Positions 18,240 to 29,295 of a DNA stretch of 64,000 nt are shown here, in pieces. The first letter of the stretch is position 1; each line of letters starts with the position of its first letter. The position numbers were made by a program, and so were the translations under genes. This DNA is from Pseudomonadota bacterium (GTDB taxonomy: Bacteria; Pseudomonadota; Alphaproteobacteria; Sphingomonadales; Sphingomonadaceae). The notes beneath the pieces are model-generated. The model ran no database searches. It was given only the letters and a program-made list of their open reading frames with translations, and was not told the origin of the DNA. The stretch is taken from positions 5,714 through 69,713 of the forward strand of contig JBKPOU010000029.1 in NCBI GenBank assembly GCA_046733255.1, read 5' to 3'.

Positions 18240-19436
18240 TTAATAGAGGAGGAAAGGCTTGCGCTGCTCGTCCCAAGCGCGCTCGTCCGGGGCTGTCGAC
18301 GCGTCGAGATCGGAAGCCGGCGCATCGCCGTCGACCCACTCGCGAAGCAGCGGCGAGCCGTTGATCACGTCGATGGGCAGCTTCCCGAACGCATATTCGT
18401 AGGGAAAATCGCGCCACAGGTCGTAATCGGGATAGAGCCGGCGGATCGCCTTGAACGCCGCAGACTGCAACCGCCACGGCTTGAACGCCTCGTGGTCGTA
18501 GAAGCGGCCCTCGGCGTGGATCATGACGCCGTTGCAGAGCTTGCCGACATGCTTGTGGAAGGTCGGCTCGAAGTGCGTTTCGCGCAATTTGCAGCCGGCC
18601 AGCCAGTCGGGCGCGAGCCGCTCCATCTCCTGGATCACTCTGCGGGGCTCGATGTCCGGGGCACCGAACAGCTCTAGAGGGCGCGTCGTGCCCCTGCCCT
18701 CGCTCAGCGTCGTGCCTTCCAGCATCACCGTGCCGGCGTAGCACCGCGCCATGTTGAGGTTCGCCGCGTTCGGGCTGGGATTGATCCAGATGCGGTCCTC
18801 CGGCCAGCCGTAGCCGGGTCCGTCGTTCGGGGCCCAGCCGTCCATCTCGATCACCCGATAATCGACGTCGAGCTTGAAATGGTCGACGAACCAGTTGCCG
18901 AGCTCGCCGAGCGTCAAACCGTGTCTCATCGGGATCGGACCCGCGCCGACGAAGCTTTCCCAGCCTTCGCGGAGCGCCAGCCCCTCGACCGGGCGACCGG
19001 CTGGGTTGGGCCGGTCCAGGACCCAGACGCTCTTGCCCGTCTCGGCTGCGGCTTCAAGCACATAGAGGAGCGTGGTGATGAAGGTGTATATTCGGCAGCC
19101 CAGGTCCTGCAGGTCGATGAGGACGGTGTCGAAGGTCGACAGCATCTGACCAGTCGGCCGGCGGACTTCTCCGTAGAGGCTGAACACCGGGATCTGGTGG
19201 ACCCTGTCGGTGAAGTCTTCCGACTCCACCATATTGTCCTGCTTGTCCCCGCGAAGCCCGTGCTGCGGCCCGAAGGCTGCGGTCAGGTTCACGCCAGCGG
19301 CGGCGAGCGCGTCGAGGCTGTGGGTGAGGTCGGCGGTCACCGAAGCGGGATGTGCGACCAGGGCAACTCGCTTTCCGTCGAGCGGCTTTCGAAGCTCCGG
19401 CTCGGCAAGCAGCCGGTCGATTCCGAATGAAGTCAT
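18240..19436 (-). CDS. namZ: Exo-beta-N-acetylmuramidase NamZ family (DUF1343)
   Basis: FGPQHG, DLQDLGCRIYTF, LDRPNP, PMRHGLTLGE, SPN, LSEGRGT. Confidence 0.88.
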   Translation of the reverse strand: MTSFGIDRLLAEPELRKPLDGKRVALVAHPASVTADLTHSLDALAAAGVNLTAAFGPQHGLRGDKQDNMVESEDFTDRVHQIPVFSLYGEVRRPTGQMLSTFDTVLIDLQDLGCRIYTFITTLLYVLEAAAETGKSVWVLDRPNPAGRPVEGLALREGWESFVGAGPIPMRHGLTLGELGNWFVDHFKLDVDYRVIEMDGWAPNDGPGYGWPEDRIWINPSPNAANLNMARCYAGTVMLEGTTLSEGRGTTRPLELFGAPDIEPRRVIQEMERLAPDWLAGCKLRETHFEPTFHKHVGKLCNGVMIHAEGRFYDHEAFKPWRLQSAAFKAIRRLYPDYDLWRDFPYEYAFGKLPIDVINGSPLLREWVDGDAPASDLDASTAPDERAWDEQRKPFLLY

Positions 19437-19445
19437 GAGCGCTGT

Positions 19446-19985
19446 CTAGGCGAGCTTGGCGGCGAAGCAATCGGCGGCGTGGAAATCGGGCTTGTCGGGA
19501 TCGCTGTGTGCGAGCGCCCAATAGGATTTGGTGCCGTCCTTTTCTTCGAGGACCGCGCTCAGCCCGAGGTGCCATTCGTTCCCCGCTTCGACCGCGATCG
19601 TCGCCCCGACCGCCCACCAGGTGAAATTGTCCTCCATCCTGATGTAGGGCGGATGGTCGACCTGCGCTTTTTGCATATCCTCGCGGTAGCCGGAGAAATC
19701 ATAGGCGGCCCAATTGCCGGTCGGCGCAAAATTCCATTCGCGGTAGCTGTCTTCGCCGGCGGCTTGCAGGAAAGCCTCGAAGCAGGTCGTCTTCCACAAC
19801 TCATCCGCCCGCCACGGCTCCGACAGCCCCGGGATGACGAAGCGGTCAGCGGGCGCCCTGACTCCGAACCAGATGTTGGTCGTCGCGACCGCCCCCAGCG
19901 CCGAGGCGTGATTGACGGTCGCCCAGACCTCAAATGGCCGCCCAGCGGGCGGCGTGGACGGATGCGGGACGAGGGTTAGCTGCAT
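19446..19985 (-). CDS. DOMON-like domain protein
   Basis: MQLTLVPHP...LWKTTCFEAF...YREWNFAP...SYWALAH...PDFH. Start set at 19985 because the ORF-track extension runs through a repeat. Confidence 0.75.
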   Translation of the reverse strand: MQLTLVPHPSTPPAGRPFEVWATVNHASALGAVATTNIWFGVRAPADRFVIPGLSEPWRADELWKTTCFEAFLQAAGEDSYREWNFAPTGNWAAYDFSGYREDMQKAQVDHPPYIRMEDNFTWWAVGATIAVEAGNEWHLGLSAVLEEKDGTKSYWALAHSDPDKPDFHAADCFAAKLA

Positions 19986-19995
19986 TTCCCCATTA

Positions 19996-20070
19996 TCGTC
20001 ATTCCCGCGAAAGCGGGAATCTCGCTTTTTCCGGCAGCTAGCGGGACCCCAGCTTTCGCGGGGGTGACGA
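19996..20070. repeat. CGTC-tagged REP doublet (REPIN/BIME-like)
   Basis: TCGTCATTCCCGCGAAAGCGGGAATC (19996-20021, +) and TCGTCACCCCCGCGAAAGCTGGGGTC (20045-20070, -), separated by 23 bp. Confidence 0.8.
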
Positions 20071-20101
20071 GTTGGGCGCGGGTCATTAAGCAGCCGCACC
20101 A

Positions 20102-21325
20102 ATGACCGCCTACAAATCCGACCTCCTCAAGCTGCTCGACGAGCGCGGGTACATCCACCAGGTCACCGACGCAGCCGCGCTGGACTCGCTTGCTCAGAAG
20201 GGCGTCGTTACCGGATACATCGGGTTCGACGCGACCGCTTCGAGCCTTCACGTCGGCAACCTCGTGTCCATCATGCTGCTGCGCCGCTTGCAGCAGGCTG
20301 GCCACCGCCCGATCGTGCTGATGGGCGGCGGAACGACGAAAGTCGGCGACCCGTCGGGCAAGGACGAGAGCCGAAAGCTTCTCACACACGATGACATCGC
20401 GGCCAACATCGCGTCGATCCGCAAGAATTTCGAGCCGTTCCTGACGTTCGGCGACGGTCCGACCGACGCAATCATGCTCGACAACAGCGAGTGGCTGGAC
20501 GGGCTCGAATACCTGGCGTTCCTGCGCGACGTCGGAACGCACTTCACGATCAACCGAATGCTGACCTTCGACAGCGTCCGGCTTCGGCTCGACCGCGAGC
20601 AGCCGCTGACCTTCCTCGAATTCAATTACATGATCCTCCAGGCCTATGATTTCCTGGAGTTGTCGAGGCGCGCCGAGTGCAGGTTGCAGCTCGGTGGCTC
20701 GGACCAATGGGGAAACATTGTCAACGGCATCGAGCTCGGGCGGCGAATCGACGGCACCGAGTTGTTCGGAGTAACGACGCCGCTCATTACGACGGCCGAC
20801 GGCGCGAAGATGGGCAAGACCGCGAAGGGCGCCGTGTGGCTTAGCGCGGACCTTTTGAGCCCCTACGACTACTGGCAGTTCTGGCGGAACGCCGACGATT
20901 CGGACGTCGGCAAGTTCCTGCGGCTGTTTACCGATATTCCCATCGCCGAGATCGCGCGGCTCGAGACTTTGCCCGGCGCCGAGATCAACCAGGCGAAGAT
21001 CGCCCTCGCCAATGCCGCGACGGCGATGCTTCATGGCGACGCCGCCGCGCGCGCTGCGGCGGAAACGGCTCGAGCAACCTTCGTTACCGGAGGAGCGGGC
21101 GAAGACCTGCCCACCTTGTCCGTCGGCGACGGAATGAACATTGCGCACGCGCTGACCGCGCTCGGCTTCACACCTTCGAACAAGGAGGCGAAACGGAAGA
21201 TAGCGGAGGGCGCAGTCCGGCTGGACGACGAGCCGGTTACCGATCCGGCGCTGATCGCCGAAGTGTCAGGCGGCCCGGTAAAAATCAGTCTCGGCAAGAA
21301 GAGGCACGGACTTCTGGTCCGCTAG
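20102..21325 (+). CDS. tyrS: Tyrosine--tRNA ligase
   Basis: [31 protein letters not shown]-terminal S4 domain. Confidence 0.98.
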   Translation: MTAYKSDLLKLLDERGYIHQVTDAAALDSLAQKGVVTGYIGFDATASSLHVGNLVSIMLLRRLQQAGHRPIVLMGGGTTKVGDPSGKDESRKLLTHDDIAANIASIRKNFEPFLTFGDGPTDAIMLDNSEWLDGLEYLAFLRDVGTHFTINRMLTFDSVRLRLDREQPLTFLEFNYMILQAYDFLELSRRAECRLQLGGSDQWGNIVNGIELGRRIDGTELFGVTTPLITTADGAKMGKTAKGAVWLSADLLSPYDYWQFWRNADDSDVGKFLRLFTDIPIAEIARLETLPGAEINQAKIALANAATAMLHGDAAARAAAETARATFVTGGAGEDLPTLSVGDGMNIAHALTALGFTPSNKEAKRKIAEGAVRLDDEPVTDPALIAEVSGGPVKISLGKKRHGLLVR

Positions 21326-21765
21326 CCCTTCCGGACGAGGACGACTCCCGCAATTACGAGCGCGGCGCCGGCGACCCGCCCCAGGCTGATCGGGTCGCGC
21401 GGGAGGCCGAGCGCTCCGAAATGGTCGAGGAACAGCGCCACCGCGATTTGGCCGGCGATTCCGACCGTGATCAGCGAGGCGATCCCGATCTTCGGCGCGG
21501 CATAAGCTGCAACGGCAACGAACATCGCGCCATAGAGGCCGCCGATCCACGCGTACCAAGGCAGTCCTGCGAACGCGGCCGATGACGGCCGGTTCGGGGT
21601 CGCTAGCCAGACGAGGAATAGGGCGGCCGTGCCGACCGTGAACGAAATGAGCGCCGCGAGGATTGGCGAGCCGCCGGCCTTGGCAAGGATGGCGTTAGTC
21701 GGCGCCTGGGCCGCAACCATGCCGCCGGCGACGAAGACAAGCAGGATCGGGATGAGAAACGGCAC
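21322..21765 (-). CDS. DMT family transporter (YdcZ/DUF606-like)
   Basis: [31 protein letters not shown]. Confidence 0.88.
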   Translation of the reverse strand: MPFLIPILLVFVAGGMVAAQAPTNAILAKAGGSPILAALISFTVGTAALFLVWLATPNRPSSAAFAGLPWYAWIGGLYGAMFVAVAAYAAPKIGIASLITVGIAGQIAVALFLDHFGALGLPRDPISLGRVAGAALVIAGVVLVRKG

Positions 21766-21775
21766 CTTGTTCTCC

Positions 21776-23836
21776 TTAGCCGGATCGGATCAGCCCGACC
21801 GCCTGGTCGCGCTCGAACAGATAGAGGCACACGCGAGCGGCTTGCCCGCGCGGGCCGGACAAGCCCCCGTCACGGTCGAGGAGCAGCTGGGCATCGCTCT
21901 GCGCGATCGGGGCCAGTTGTTCGACATCCTCGGGCTTTGCGACCCGGAAGCCTTCTTCGCCGGACTGGCGCGTGCCGAGGATTTCGCCGGGGCCGCGAAG
22001 GCGCAAATCCTCCTCCGCGATCCGGAAACCGTCGTTAGTCTCGCGCATCAGCGCCAGCCGTGCGCGGGCGGTGTCGGTGAGGTTCCCGCCGCGGATCAGC
22101 AGGCAGGTGCTCTTGCCGGTGCCGCGCCCGACGCGCCCACGAAGCTGGTGGAGCTGCGCTAGGCCGAACCGTTCGGCACCTTCGATCACCATCAAAGTCG
22201 AGTTCGGAACGTCGACTCCCACTTCGATCACCGTGGTCGCCACCAGCACCGCCAGACCGCCGCCCGCAAATGCCGCCATGACGGCGTCCTTTTCCGGACC
22301 TTTCATCCGTCCGTGCACCAGCCCGACCTTGTCGTCGCCGAAGCGAAGCTTCAGCACCCGCGCACGTTCTTCCGCAGCGGCGGCATCGCTGGTCTCGCTT
22401 TCCTCGACCAGAGGGCAGACCCAATAAGCCTGGCCGCCCGCGGCGATATGCCGCCCCAGCCCGTCGATAACGTCCGCCAGCTTTTCGTCGCTGATCACGC
22501 GCGTCTCGACCGGCGTTCGTCCGGGAGGCATTTCGTCGATCCGGCTGACGTCCATCTCGCCATATTGGGTAAGCGTCAGGGTCCGCGGGATGGGCGTAGC
22601 CGTCATCACCAGCAAGTGCGGCGGGCGTTCGGCTTTCTGAGCCAGGAGCAGCCGCTGCGACACCCCGAAACGGTGCTGCTCGTCGATCACCGCCAGCCCA
22701 AGGTTCTTGTAGGCCACCTTCTCCTGGAAGATCGCGTGGGTGCCGACGAGGATGTCGATGGAGCCGCCGGCCAGGCCCATGAGCACGCTCTCGCGGGCCC
22801 TTCCCTTCTCGCGGCCGGTGAGGATTCCGATCCGCACTCCCAGCGAATGAAGCTGCTTCGCCAGAGTGTCGAAATGCTGGCGGGCGAGGATTTCGGTCGG
22901 CGCCAGCATCGCCGCCTGTGCGCCGCTCTCCACCGCTGCGAGCATCGCCAGCAGCGCGACGAGCGTCTTCCCCGATCCGACATCGCCCTGAAGCAGGCGA
23001 AGCATCGGCACGCTCTGCGCCATGTCGCCGCGGATTTCGCGAATCACCCGCCGCTGTGCGTCCGTGAGATCGTACGGAAGCTGGAGCTCGCGCGGCAGTT
23101 CGCCAGTCCCGGCGAGCGGGATCGTCCGGTGCCGCCGCTGGGACTCCCGCAGCAGCAGGAGCGCGAGCTGGTTTGCGAAAATCTCGTCATAGGCAAGGCG
23201 TTTCCGGGAGTCCGTCGCGTAAGGATCGCGATGCGCGTCGGCGATCGCGGCCCGCCACGCTCTCCATGCCTCCCGGGCTGCAAGGCTGGGCTCGATCCAT
23301 TCCGGAAGGTCCGGAACACGCTCGACCGCCTGCCGCACAAGCTCGCCGATCCTCTTGTTTGTCAGGCCTTCGGTCAGTGGATAGACGGGCTCGCGGACCG
23401 CTGGCTCGGGACCTTTGCCCGGTTCCGAGACTTCCGGGTGGATGATCTGCCACTCGTCGCCATATTGCTCGAGCTTGCCCGACACGATCCGGACCGAATC
23501 CATCGGCAGGCTACGCTTCGCCCACCCGGGATTGTTGAAATAGACTAGGCTGATCGTGTTGCCGTCGCTGTCCGCGGCGAAAATCCGCGTTGGGCCGCGC
23601 CCTGAACGAGGCTCCCGTATCTGGAACGGCTTCAGCTCGAGGATGACGTTGCGGCCGATCAGCGACGCATCCGCGGCCAGCGCCCTCACCCGGTCGATGA
23701 CTCCGGTTGGAAGGTGATACAGCAGGTCGATCGCGCGAGTGATGTCCAGCCGCTTGAGAAGCTTCGCGACCTGCGGCCCGACCCCCGGCAAGGCCTCCAC
23801 TTCGGCGAAAAGCGGATTGAGGATGTCCGGCCGCAT
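21776..23836 (-). CDS. recG: ATP-dependent DNA helicase RecG
   Basis: [40 protein letters not shown]. Confidence 0.98.
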   Translation of the reverse strand: MRPDILNPLFAEVEALPGVGPQVAKLLKRLDITRAIDLLYHLPTGVIDRVRALAADASLIGRNVILELKPFQIREPRSGRGPTRIFAADSDGNTISLVYFNNPGWAKRSLPMDSVRIVSGKLEQYGDEWQIIHPEVSEPGKGPEPAVREPVYPLTEGLTNKRIGELVRQAVERVPDLPEWIEPSLAAREAWRAWRAAIADAHRDPYATDSRKRLAYDEIFANQLALLLLRESQRRHRTIPLAGTGELPRELQLPYDLTDAQRRVIREIRGDMAQSVPMLRLLQGDVGSGKTLVALLAMLAAVESGAQAAMLAPTEILARQHFDTLAKQLHSLGVRIGILTGREKGRARESVLMGLAGGSIDILVGTHAIFQEKVAYKNLGLAVIDEQHRFGVSQRLLLAQKAERPPHLLVMTATPIPRTLTLTQYGEMDVSRIDEMPPGRTPVETRVISDEKLADVIDGLGRHIAAGGQAYWVCPLVEESETSDAAAAEERARVLKLRFGDDKVGLVHGRMKGPEKDAVMAAFAGGGLAVLVATTVIEVGVDVPNSTLMVIEGAERFGLAQLHQLRGRVGRGTGKSTCLLIRGGNLTDTARARLALMRETNDGFRIAEEDLRLRGPGEILGTRQSGEEGFRVAKPEDVEQLAPIAQSDAQLLLDRDGGLSGPRGQAARVCLYLFERDQAVGLIRSG

Positions 23837-23870
23837 AGTTGCAACTCACTGATGGCGACCGGCGGCCGCG

Positions 23871-24515
23871 TCAAACGAAGGTGAAGTCGACCTTGTCGAA
23901 CAGTTTCTCGTCGAAGGCGTGCTTCGCATAAGGGCCATTGCGATCGACGAAGAACAGGAAGAGGTGCGCCGACCAGCCGTTGGGGTTCGGCTGCATGCGT
24001 CCGTGGGCGTAATGGCTGCCCTGGTAGAGCACCGCATCGCCAACCTGCATTCCGATCGACGCGTGGTCCATCGATCCGAAATCGTCGGACAGCGGATAAA
24101 GCGAATCGATCCGCTCCTTGCCGATCTGAAGGTCCCATACCTCGCCGTCGCTGTAATCGAGCGTCATCGACAGCCCATATTGGCTTGACGGGCGGTCGGA
24201 ATGGACCCGGCAGATGTCGCCCTTCAGATAAATCCTGAAATAGGTGTAGCTCGGCAGAAGGTCGCGGCCGATCAGGCGGCTCATGATCGGAGTCAGACCC
24301 CAGAGGAAGAACTCCATCGGCTTGAAAATCTCCGACGAAACGTCGAACGCGGGATGCTTCAGGACTGCCGGGAAGGGCTGCGGCTTACTGAGTGGAATTG
24401 GCCGTCCCCCCGTCGCTTCCTTCAGCCTCGCCATGAAGGCGCGCGCGACCTCTTCCGGAACAAGGTTCCGGATGTGCGCATATCCGTCGCTGTGAACATT
24501 GCCGACGACTTCCAC
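23871..24515 (-). CDS. Putative 2OG-Fe(II) oxygenase fold protein
   Basis: YFRIY...VHSDRPS (HxD), GDAVLYQG..YAHGR (distal His), HLFLFFV. Confidence 0.65.
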   Translation of the reverse strand: MEVVGNVHSDGYAHIRNLVPEEVARAFMARLKEATGGRPIPLSKPQPFPAVLKHPAFDVSSEIFKPMEFFLWGLTPIMSRLIGRDLLPSYTYFRIYLKGDICRVHSDRPSSQYGLSMTLDYSDGEVWDLQIGKERIDSLYPLSDDFGSMDHASIGMQVGDAVLYQGSHYAHGRMQPNPNGWSAHLFLFFVDRNGPYAKHAFDEKLFDKVDFTFV

Positions 24516-24587
24516 GCCGCGGTTCCTAGGATATGGAAGTTACAGCGGCAACGGCGGCGGCTTTCCTCCTGGTTGGCGGGGCACTAG

Positions 24588-24863
24588 ATGGCGGCAATGC
24601 ATGCCGACGCCGAACTGAAGCGCCTTAGCTGGCGAGCGCACCATCGCGGCACGTTCGAGGCTGACCTGCTCGTCGGCGCCTTCTTCGACGCTCATCACAG
24701 CGCGTGGGATAGCGCCGCCCGGTCGCTGTTCGGCGAGCTTCTCGACGAGCAGGACGTGGATATCATGGCCTGGGCGTACGGAACCGCCGAGGCGCCGGAG
24801 CGCTACCAAGGGCCCATGCTCGAGGCTCTCCAAAAGCTCGATTACATTCCGATCGCCCGATGA
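24588..24863 (+). CDS. sdhE: Succinate dehydrogenase assembly factor 2 (FAD assembly factor)
   Basis: KRLSWRAHHRGTFEADLLVG, LLDEQDVDIMAW; lies between recG and mfd. Confidence 0.9.
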   Translation: MAAMHADAELKRLSWRAHHRGTFEADLLVGAFFDAHHSAWDSAARSLFGELLDEQDVDIMAWAYGTAEAPERYQGPMLEALQKLDYIPIAR

Positions 24864-27800
24864 GCGAACCGCTTCAGCGAATCCTCGACGCGTCGAAGCC
24901 GCTGACGCTCGCCGGCGTCCCTTCGGGATTCCTGCCGTGGCTGGCCGCCGACCTGGCACGCGCCGCTCATGGACGGAGCAAGCCTGTGCGGGCGGTGGTG
25001 ATTGCTGCCGACGAAGCGGCGATGCGCGCGCTCGCGGAGACGATCCCGTTGTTCGCTCCCGAGGTCGACGTCCTGACGCTGCCGGCCTGGGACTGTCTTC
25101 CCTACGACCGCGCCTCACCGGCGCTGAGGGTGATGGCGGAGCGGCTGTCGGCGCTGAACGCGCTCCAGCAACAGCTCAAGAAACCGCAGCTCCTCGTCAT
25201 GACGGCGAACGGCGCAGTCCAGCGGGTGCTGACACCGTTCCGGTCGCGGCAGTTGACCCGGCGGATCGCGGAAGGCGAACGGATCGACCGCGAAACCCTT
25301 GTCGAGCAACTGGTCGCGCTCGGTTACCAGCGCACGGACACGGTCGCTGAGCACGGCGAGTTCGCCGTCCGGGGCTCGCTGATCGACCTGTTCCCGTCGG
25401 GCGAGCAGAATGCGCTTCGGCTCGATTTCTTCGGTGACGAGATCGAAAGCCTCCGCCACTTCGACCCGGCCGACCAGCGCTCCACCGGCAAAGCCGATGG
25501 GTTCACTCTCATGCCGGCGTCGGAGGCGCTTCTCGACGAGGGCAATATCAAGCGCTTCCGCGAACGGTATCGCGAGACGTTCGGGGCGACTGCGACGGGT
25601 GACCCGCTCTACCAGGCGATCTCCGACGGTCGGCGGATGGCCGGGATGGAACATTGGCTCCCGCTCTTCGAAGAGCGCCTCGCGACCCCCTTCGACTATC
25701 TCGGCGACGGCGACATCGTCGTTCGCGATTCCGGAGCGGACGGGGCGCTCGACTCGCGCTGGGAGAGCATCGAGGATTATTTCCAGAACCGCACCAGGGC
25801 GATGCAGGCGGAGCCAGGCGCCTATCGCCCGCTTCCTCCCGATGCGCTTTACCTGTCCAGGGCAGAATGGGACGAGGCAGTGGCGGCCCAGCCGATCCAC
25901 CGAAGCTCGCCCTTCCCCGAGCCCGAGGGCGAAACCACGATCGGCTTCGGCGTCGAAGCGGCGCGGGACTTCGCGCCGGAGCGTGCGCGGAACGACAATG
26001 TCTATGAAGCGGTGGCCGGCCATGTCCTCAAGCTCCGGCGCGCTGGGAAAAAGGTCGTCCTTGCAAGCTACACAAAGGGCTCACGCGAACGCCTGTCAGG
26101 CCTTCTTCACGACCATGGACTCAAGAGCCAGAAGTCCGCGGACAGCTGGCAGGAGGCGCTCGGGAGCAAGACCCAGCCGGCGCTCCTCGTCCTTCCCCTC
26201 GACCACGGCTTTTCGACCGCCGACGTCGCCGTGCTTACCGAGCAGGACATGCTCGGCGACCGTCTCGTGCGCCGCCGCAAGCGGCGCAAGAGCGCGGACG
26301 CCTTCCTCGCCGAGATCGCCTCGCTGTCGCCCGGCGACCTGGTCGTCCACGCAGAGCACGGGATCGGCAAATATGAGGGCCTGACCTCCATACCGGTCGC
26401 CAAGTCGCCGCACGATTGCGTCGCGATCGAATATGCGGGGGGCGACCGGCTCTATCTTCCCGTCGAGAATATCGAGCTTCTCTCCCGCTACGGAAGCGAG
26501 AGCGACGGCGTGAACCTGGACCGCCTGGGCGGAGAGGCGTGGCAGCGGCGCAAGTCACGCATGAAGGAGCGGATCCGCGAGATCGCGGGCGAGCTCATTA
26601 AGCTTGCGGCGATGCGGGCGACACGCCCTGCCCCGGTTGTGCAGGCTGATTCGGCCTTCCCGCAGTTCGTCGATCGCTTTCCCTACGAGGAAACCGACGA
26701 CCAGGAGCGCGCGATCGCCGAGGTCCTCGAGGACCTGGAAGCCGGCAAGCCCATGGACCGGCTGGTCTGCGGCGACGTCGGTTTCGGTAAGACGGAGGTC
26801 GCGCTTCGGGCCGCCTTCGTCGTCGCAATGTCGGGGATGCAGGTCGCCCTCATCTGCCCGACCACGCTCCTCGCCCGCCAGCATTATGCAAATTTCATGG
26901 AGCGCCTTCAGGGGTTCCCCATCGAGGTCGGCCGGCTGTCGCGCCTGGTCCCCGCCGCCGAGGCGAAGCGGACGAAGGAAGGCCTCGAAAAAGGCACCGT
27001 CGACATCGTCATCGGGACCCACGCACTTCTCGCCAAAGGCCTGACGTTCAGGAAGCTCGGCCTCGTCATCGTCGACGAGGAGCAACATTTCGGGGTCGCT
27101 CACAAGGAACGGCTGAAGGCCCTAAAGGCCGACGTCCACGTGCTGACGCTGACGGCGACTCCGATTCCCCGCACGTTGCAGATGGCGATGAGCGGGCTTC
27201 GCGAACTCAGCGTGATCCAGACGCCGCCCGTCGACCGGCTGGCGGTTCGCACCTACGTCACCCCATGGGACGCCGTCGTCATTCGCGAGGCGCTTCTCCG
27301 TGAGCATTATCGCGGCGGGCAGAGCTTCTTCGTCGCTCCGAGGATCGCCGACCTTCCCGACCTCGAAGAATGGCTTCAGAAGCAGGTCCCAGAGGTCAAA
27401 TTCGTCAGCGCTCACGGCCAGATGGCGGCCAGCGAGGTCGAGGAGCGAATGAGCGCCTTCTATGACCGCAAGTATGACGTGCTGCTATCGACCAGCATCG
27501 TCGAAAGCGGCCTCGACATCCCGAGCGCGAATACTTTGGTCGTCCACCGCGCCGACCGCTTCGGCCTCGCCCAGCTCTACCAGCTAAGGGGTCGGGTCGG
27601 CCGCGCGAAGCTGCGCGCCTACGCCTATCTGACGACGCCCGCGAACCGTAACATCACCGACACCGCGGCAAAGCGGCTCCAAGTGCTTGCCGACCTCGAC
27701 AGCCTCGGCGCCGGCTTCCAGCTCGCAAGTCACGACCTCGACATACGCGGCGCCGGCAATCTGCTCGGCGACGAGCAGTCGGGTCACATCAAGGAGGTCG

Positions 27801-28360
27801 GCTTCGAGCTTTACCAGTCGATGCTCGAAGAGGCGATCGTCGAGATCAAGGCCGGCGGAGCGGAGCGGCGTGAGGAATTCTCGCCGCAGATCAGCGTCGA
27901 CGCGCCGATCCTCATCCCCGAACATTATGTGCCCGACCTCGATTTGCGGATGGGCCTCTATCGCCGCCTCGGCGACCTCGAGGACAAGAGCGCCATCGAG
28001 GAGTTTGCGGCAGAATTGATCGACCGCTTCGGGCCGCTTCCCGACGAAACGGCGAACCTCCTCAAGATCGTCGAGACAAAGCTAAACTGCAAAAAGGCGA
28101 TGATCGCCAAGCTCGACACGGGGCCGCGGGGAGCGGTCGTCACTTTCGCCCGGAGCGGATTCCCCGATCTTCAGGGGCTGCTCGGCTATATCGAGCGCCT
28201 GAAAGGCAGTGCGAAGCTGAGGCCCGACAGCAAGCTTGCCGTCTCGCGCGACTGGCGCACGCCGACGGACCGTCTCAACGGCGCTCTGCAGCTCTCGCTC
28301 GGGCTTTCACGCGTCGCGGCAGCAGGCGAAGCGGGGAAGAAGGAGCTTCAGCCCGCCTGA
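24860..28360 (+). CDS. mfd: Transcription-repair coupling factor
   Basis: [50 protein letters not shown]-terminal domain. Confidence 0.98.
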   Translation: MSEPLQRILDASKPLTLAGVPSGFLPWLAADLARAAHGRSKPVRAVVIAADEAAMRALAETIPLFAPEVDVLTLPAWDCLPYDRASPALRVMAERLSALNALQQQLKKPQLLVMTANGAVQRVLTPFRSRQLTRRIAEGERIDRETLVEQLVALGYQRTDTVAEHGEFAVRGSLIDLFPSGEQNALRLDFFGDEIESLRHFDPADQRSTGKADGFTLMPASEALLDEGNIKRFRERYRETFGATATGDPLYQAISDGRRMAGMEHWLPLFEERLATPFDYLGDGDIVVRDSGADGALDSRWESIEDYFQNRTRAMQAEPGAYRPLPPDALYLSRAEWDEAVAAQPIHRSSPFPEPEGETTIGFGVEAARDFAPERARNDNVYEAVAGHVLKLRRAGKKVVLASYTKGSRERLSGLLHDHGLKSQKSADSWQEALGSKTQPALLVLPLDHGFSTADVAVLTEQDMLGDRLVRRRKRRKSADAFLAEIASLSPGDLVVHAEHGIGKYEGLTSIPVAKSPHDCVAIEYAGGDRLYLPVENIELLSRYGSESDGVNLDRLGGEAWQRRKSRMKERIREIAGELIKLAAMRATRPAPVVQADSAFPQFVDRFPYEETDDQERAIAEVLEDLEAGKPMDRLVCGDVGFGKTEVALRAAFVVAMSGMQVALICPTTLLARQHYANFMERLQGFPIEVGRLSRLVPAAEAKRTKEGLEKGTVDIVIGTHALLAKGLTFRKLGLVIVDEEQHFGVAHKERLKALKADVHVLTLTATPIPRTLQMAMSGLRELSVIQTPPVDRLAVRTYVTPWDAVVIREALLREHYRGGQSFFVAPRIADLPDLEEWLQKQVPEVKFVSAHGQMAASEVEERMSAFYDRKYDVLLSTSIVESGLDIPSANTLVVHRADRFGLAQLYQLRGRVGRAKLRAYAYLTTPANRNITDTAAKRLQVLADLDSLGAGFQLASHDLDIRGAGNLLGDEQSGHIKEVGFELYQSMLEEAIVEIKAGGAERREEFSPQISVDAPILIPEHYVPDLDLRMGLYRRLGDLEDKSAIEEFAAELIDRFGPLPDETANLLKIVETKLNCKKAMIAKLDTGPRGAVVTFARSGFPDLQGLLGYIERLKGSAKLRPDSKLAVSRDWRTPTDRLNGALQLSLGLSRVAAAGEAGKKELQPA

Positions 28361-29127
28361 CTGGGCTTCACGAACTTGTAGGCGAACTGGCTTGTGTGCC
28401 CGCGGATCGACTTGTCGAAGACGGGGATGTCGAGCGGGTCGGCCGCGTTGTTGAGGACCTTGCTTTCCCCGGCGAAGCGGAAGCCGGCCGCCTCCACCTG
28501 CTTGCGAACGATCGCGGGATCGATCCGGTGCAGTTCCTCCGTATCGGCCATGCCCCGGCCTGGCTTCGCCATGTGGTCGATAATCATATAGGTGCCGCCG
28601 GGCTTCAGGATCTTGAATACAGCCCGGTTCAGCGCATCCGGGTCGGCGTCCTTGCCCATATATTCGTCCGGATAGTCGTGGTAATTTTGCGAGGTCCACA
28701 CGACGTCAAGCGGCTCGGAGGCGGCGAGCACCGCGGTCGGCTGAACCTGAGTCACGATATTTCCATAATATTTATCGGCGGAGAGCTTCTGAAGCTCCTT
28801 CACATTGCCCATCGCGAAACGCGCATAGCTTTGCGGCCAGACCGCATAGACCTTGCCTTCGGGACCGACGACCTTGCTGAAAATGCGCGTCCAGTATCCG
28901 TTGCCCGGTATCAGGTCCAAGACCTTGTCGCCGGGCTTCACGCCCGCGAGCGCGATCAGCGGCCCCGGCTTGCGCCGTTCGTCGGCGGCATCGCGCTGCG
29001 CCTTGCGCTGCGGATCGGCAAGCGCGGAATCGAGCGCCTGCTGTGAGAATTGCCGAGGCGCATCGGACTTCTGGCAGCCTGCAATGAGTGTTGCCGCGAG
29101 CACGAAAGCAAAGCCGGAACGGACCAT
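28348..29127 (-). CDS. Lipoprotein class I SAM-dependent methyltransferase-like protein (COG4798-like)
   Basis: Lipobox LIAGC; KPGDKVLDLIPGNGYW, QNYHD, IIDH, LHRIDP; ATG at 29127. Confidence 0.85.
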   Translation of the reverse strand: MVRSGFAFVLAATLIAGCQKSDAPRQFSQQALDSALADPQRKAQRDAADERRKPGPLIALAGVKPGDKVLDLIPGNGYWTRIFSKVVGPEGKVYAVWPQSYARFAMGNVKELQKLSADKYYGNIVTQVQPTAVLAASEPLDVVWTSQNYHDYPDEYMGKDADPDALNRAVFKILKPGGTYMIIDHMAKPGRGMADTEELHRIDPAIVRKQVEAAGFRFAGESKVLNNAADPLDIPVFDKSIRGHTSQFAYKFVKPSQAG

Positions 29128-29295
29128 ATTCTGCCTCCCATGGATCGATTGGAATGACTGCAGCGTCCTGTCTCCGCAATTTCGATGAACTGCCCGCGAA
29201 GCTTCGACCGATTCGCAGCGACGGTCCATTGCGCTTATGCTCGGAAGGGAGGTTGAAATGCCGGGAGCAAGGTTCTGAGCCCCAACGACGCTTCA

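Noticed and set aside
19986-20102. N-terminal extension of the DOMON-like ORF (…DSRFRGNDD…)
   Set aside because: It is a read-through translation of the REP doublet; the ATG at 19985 is the plausible start.
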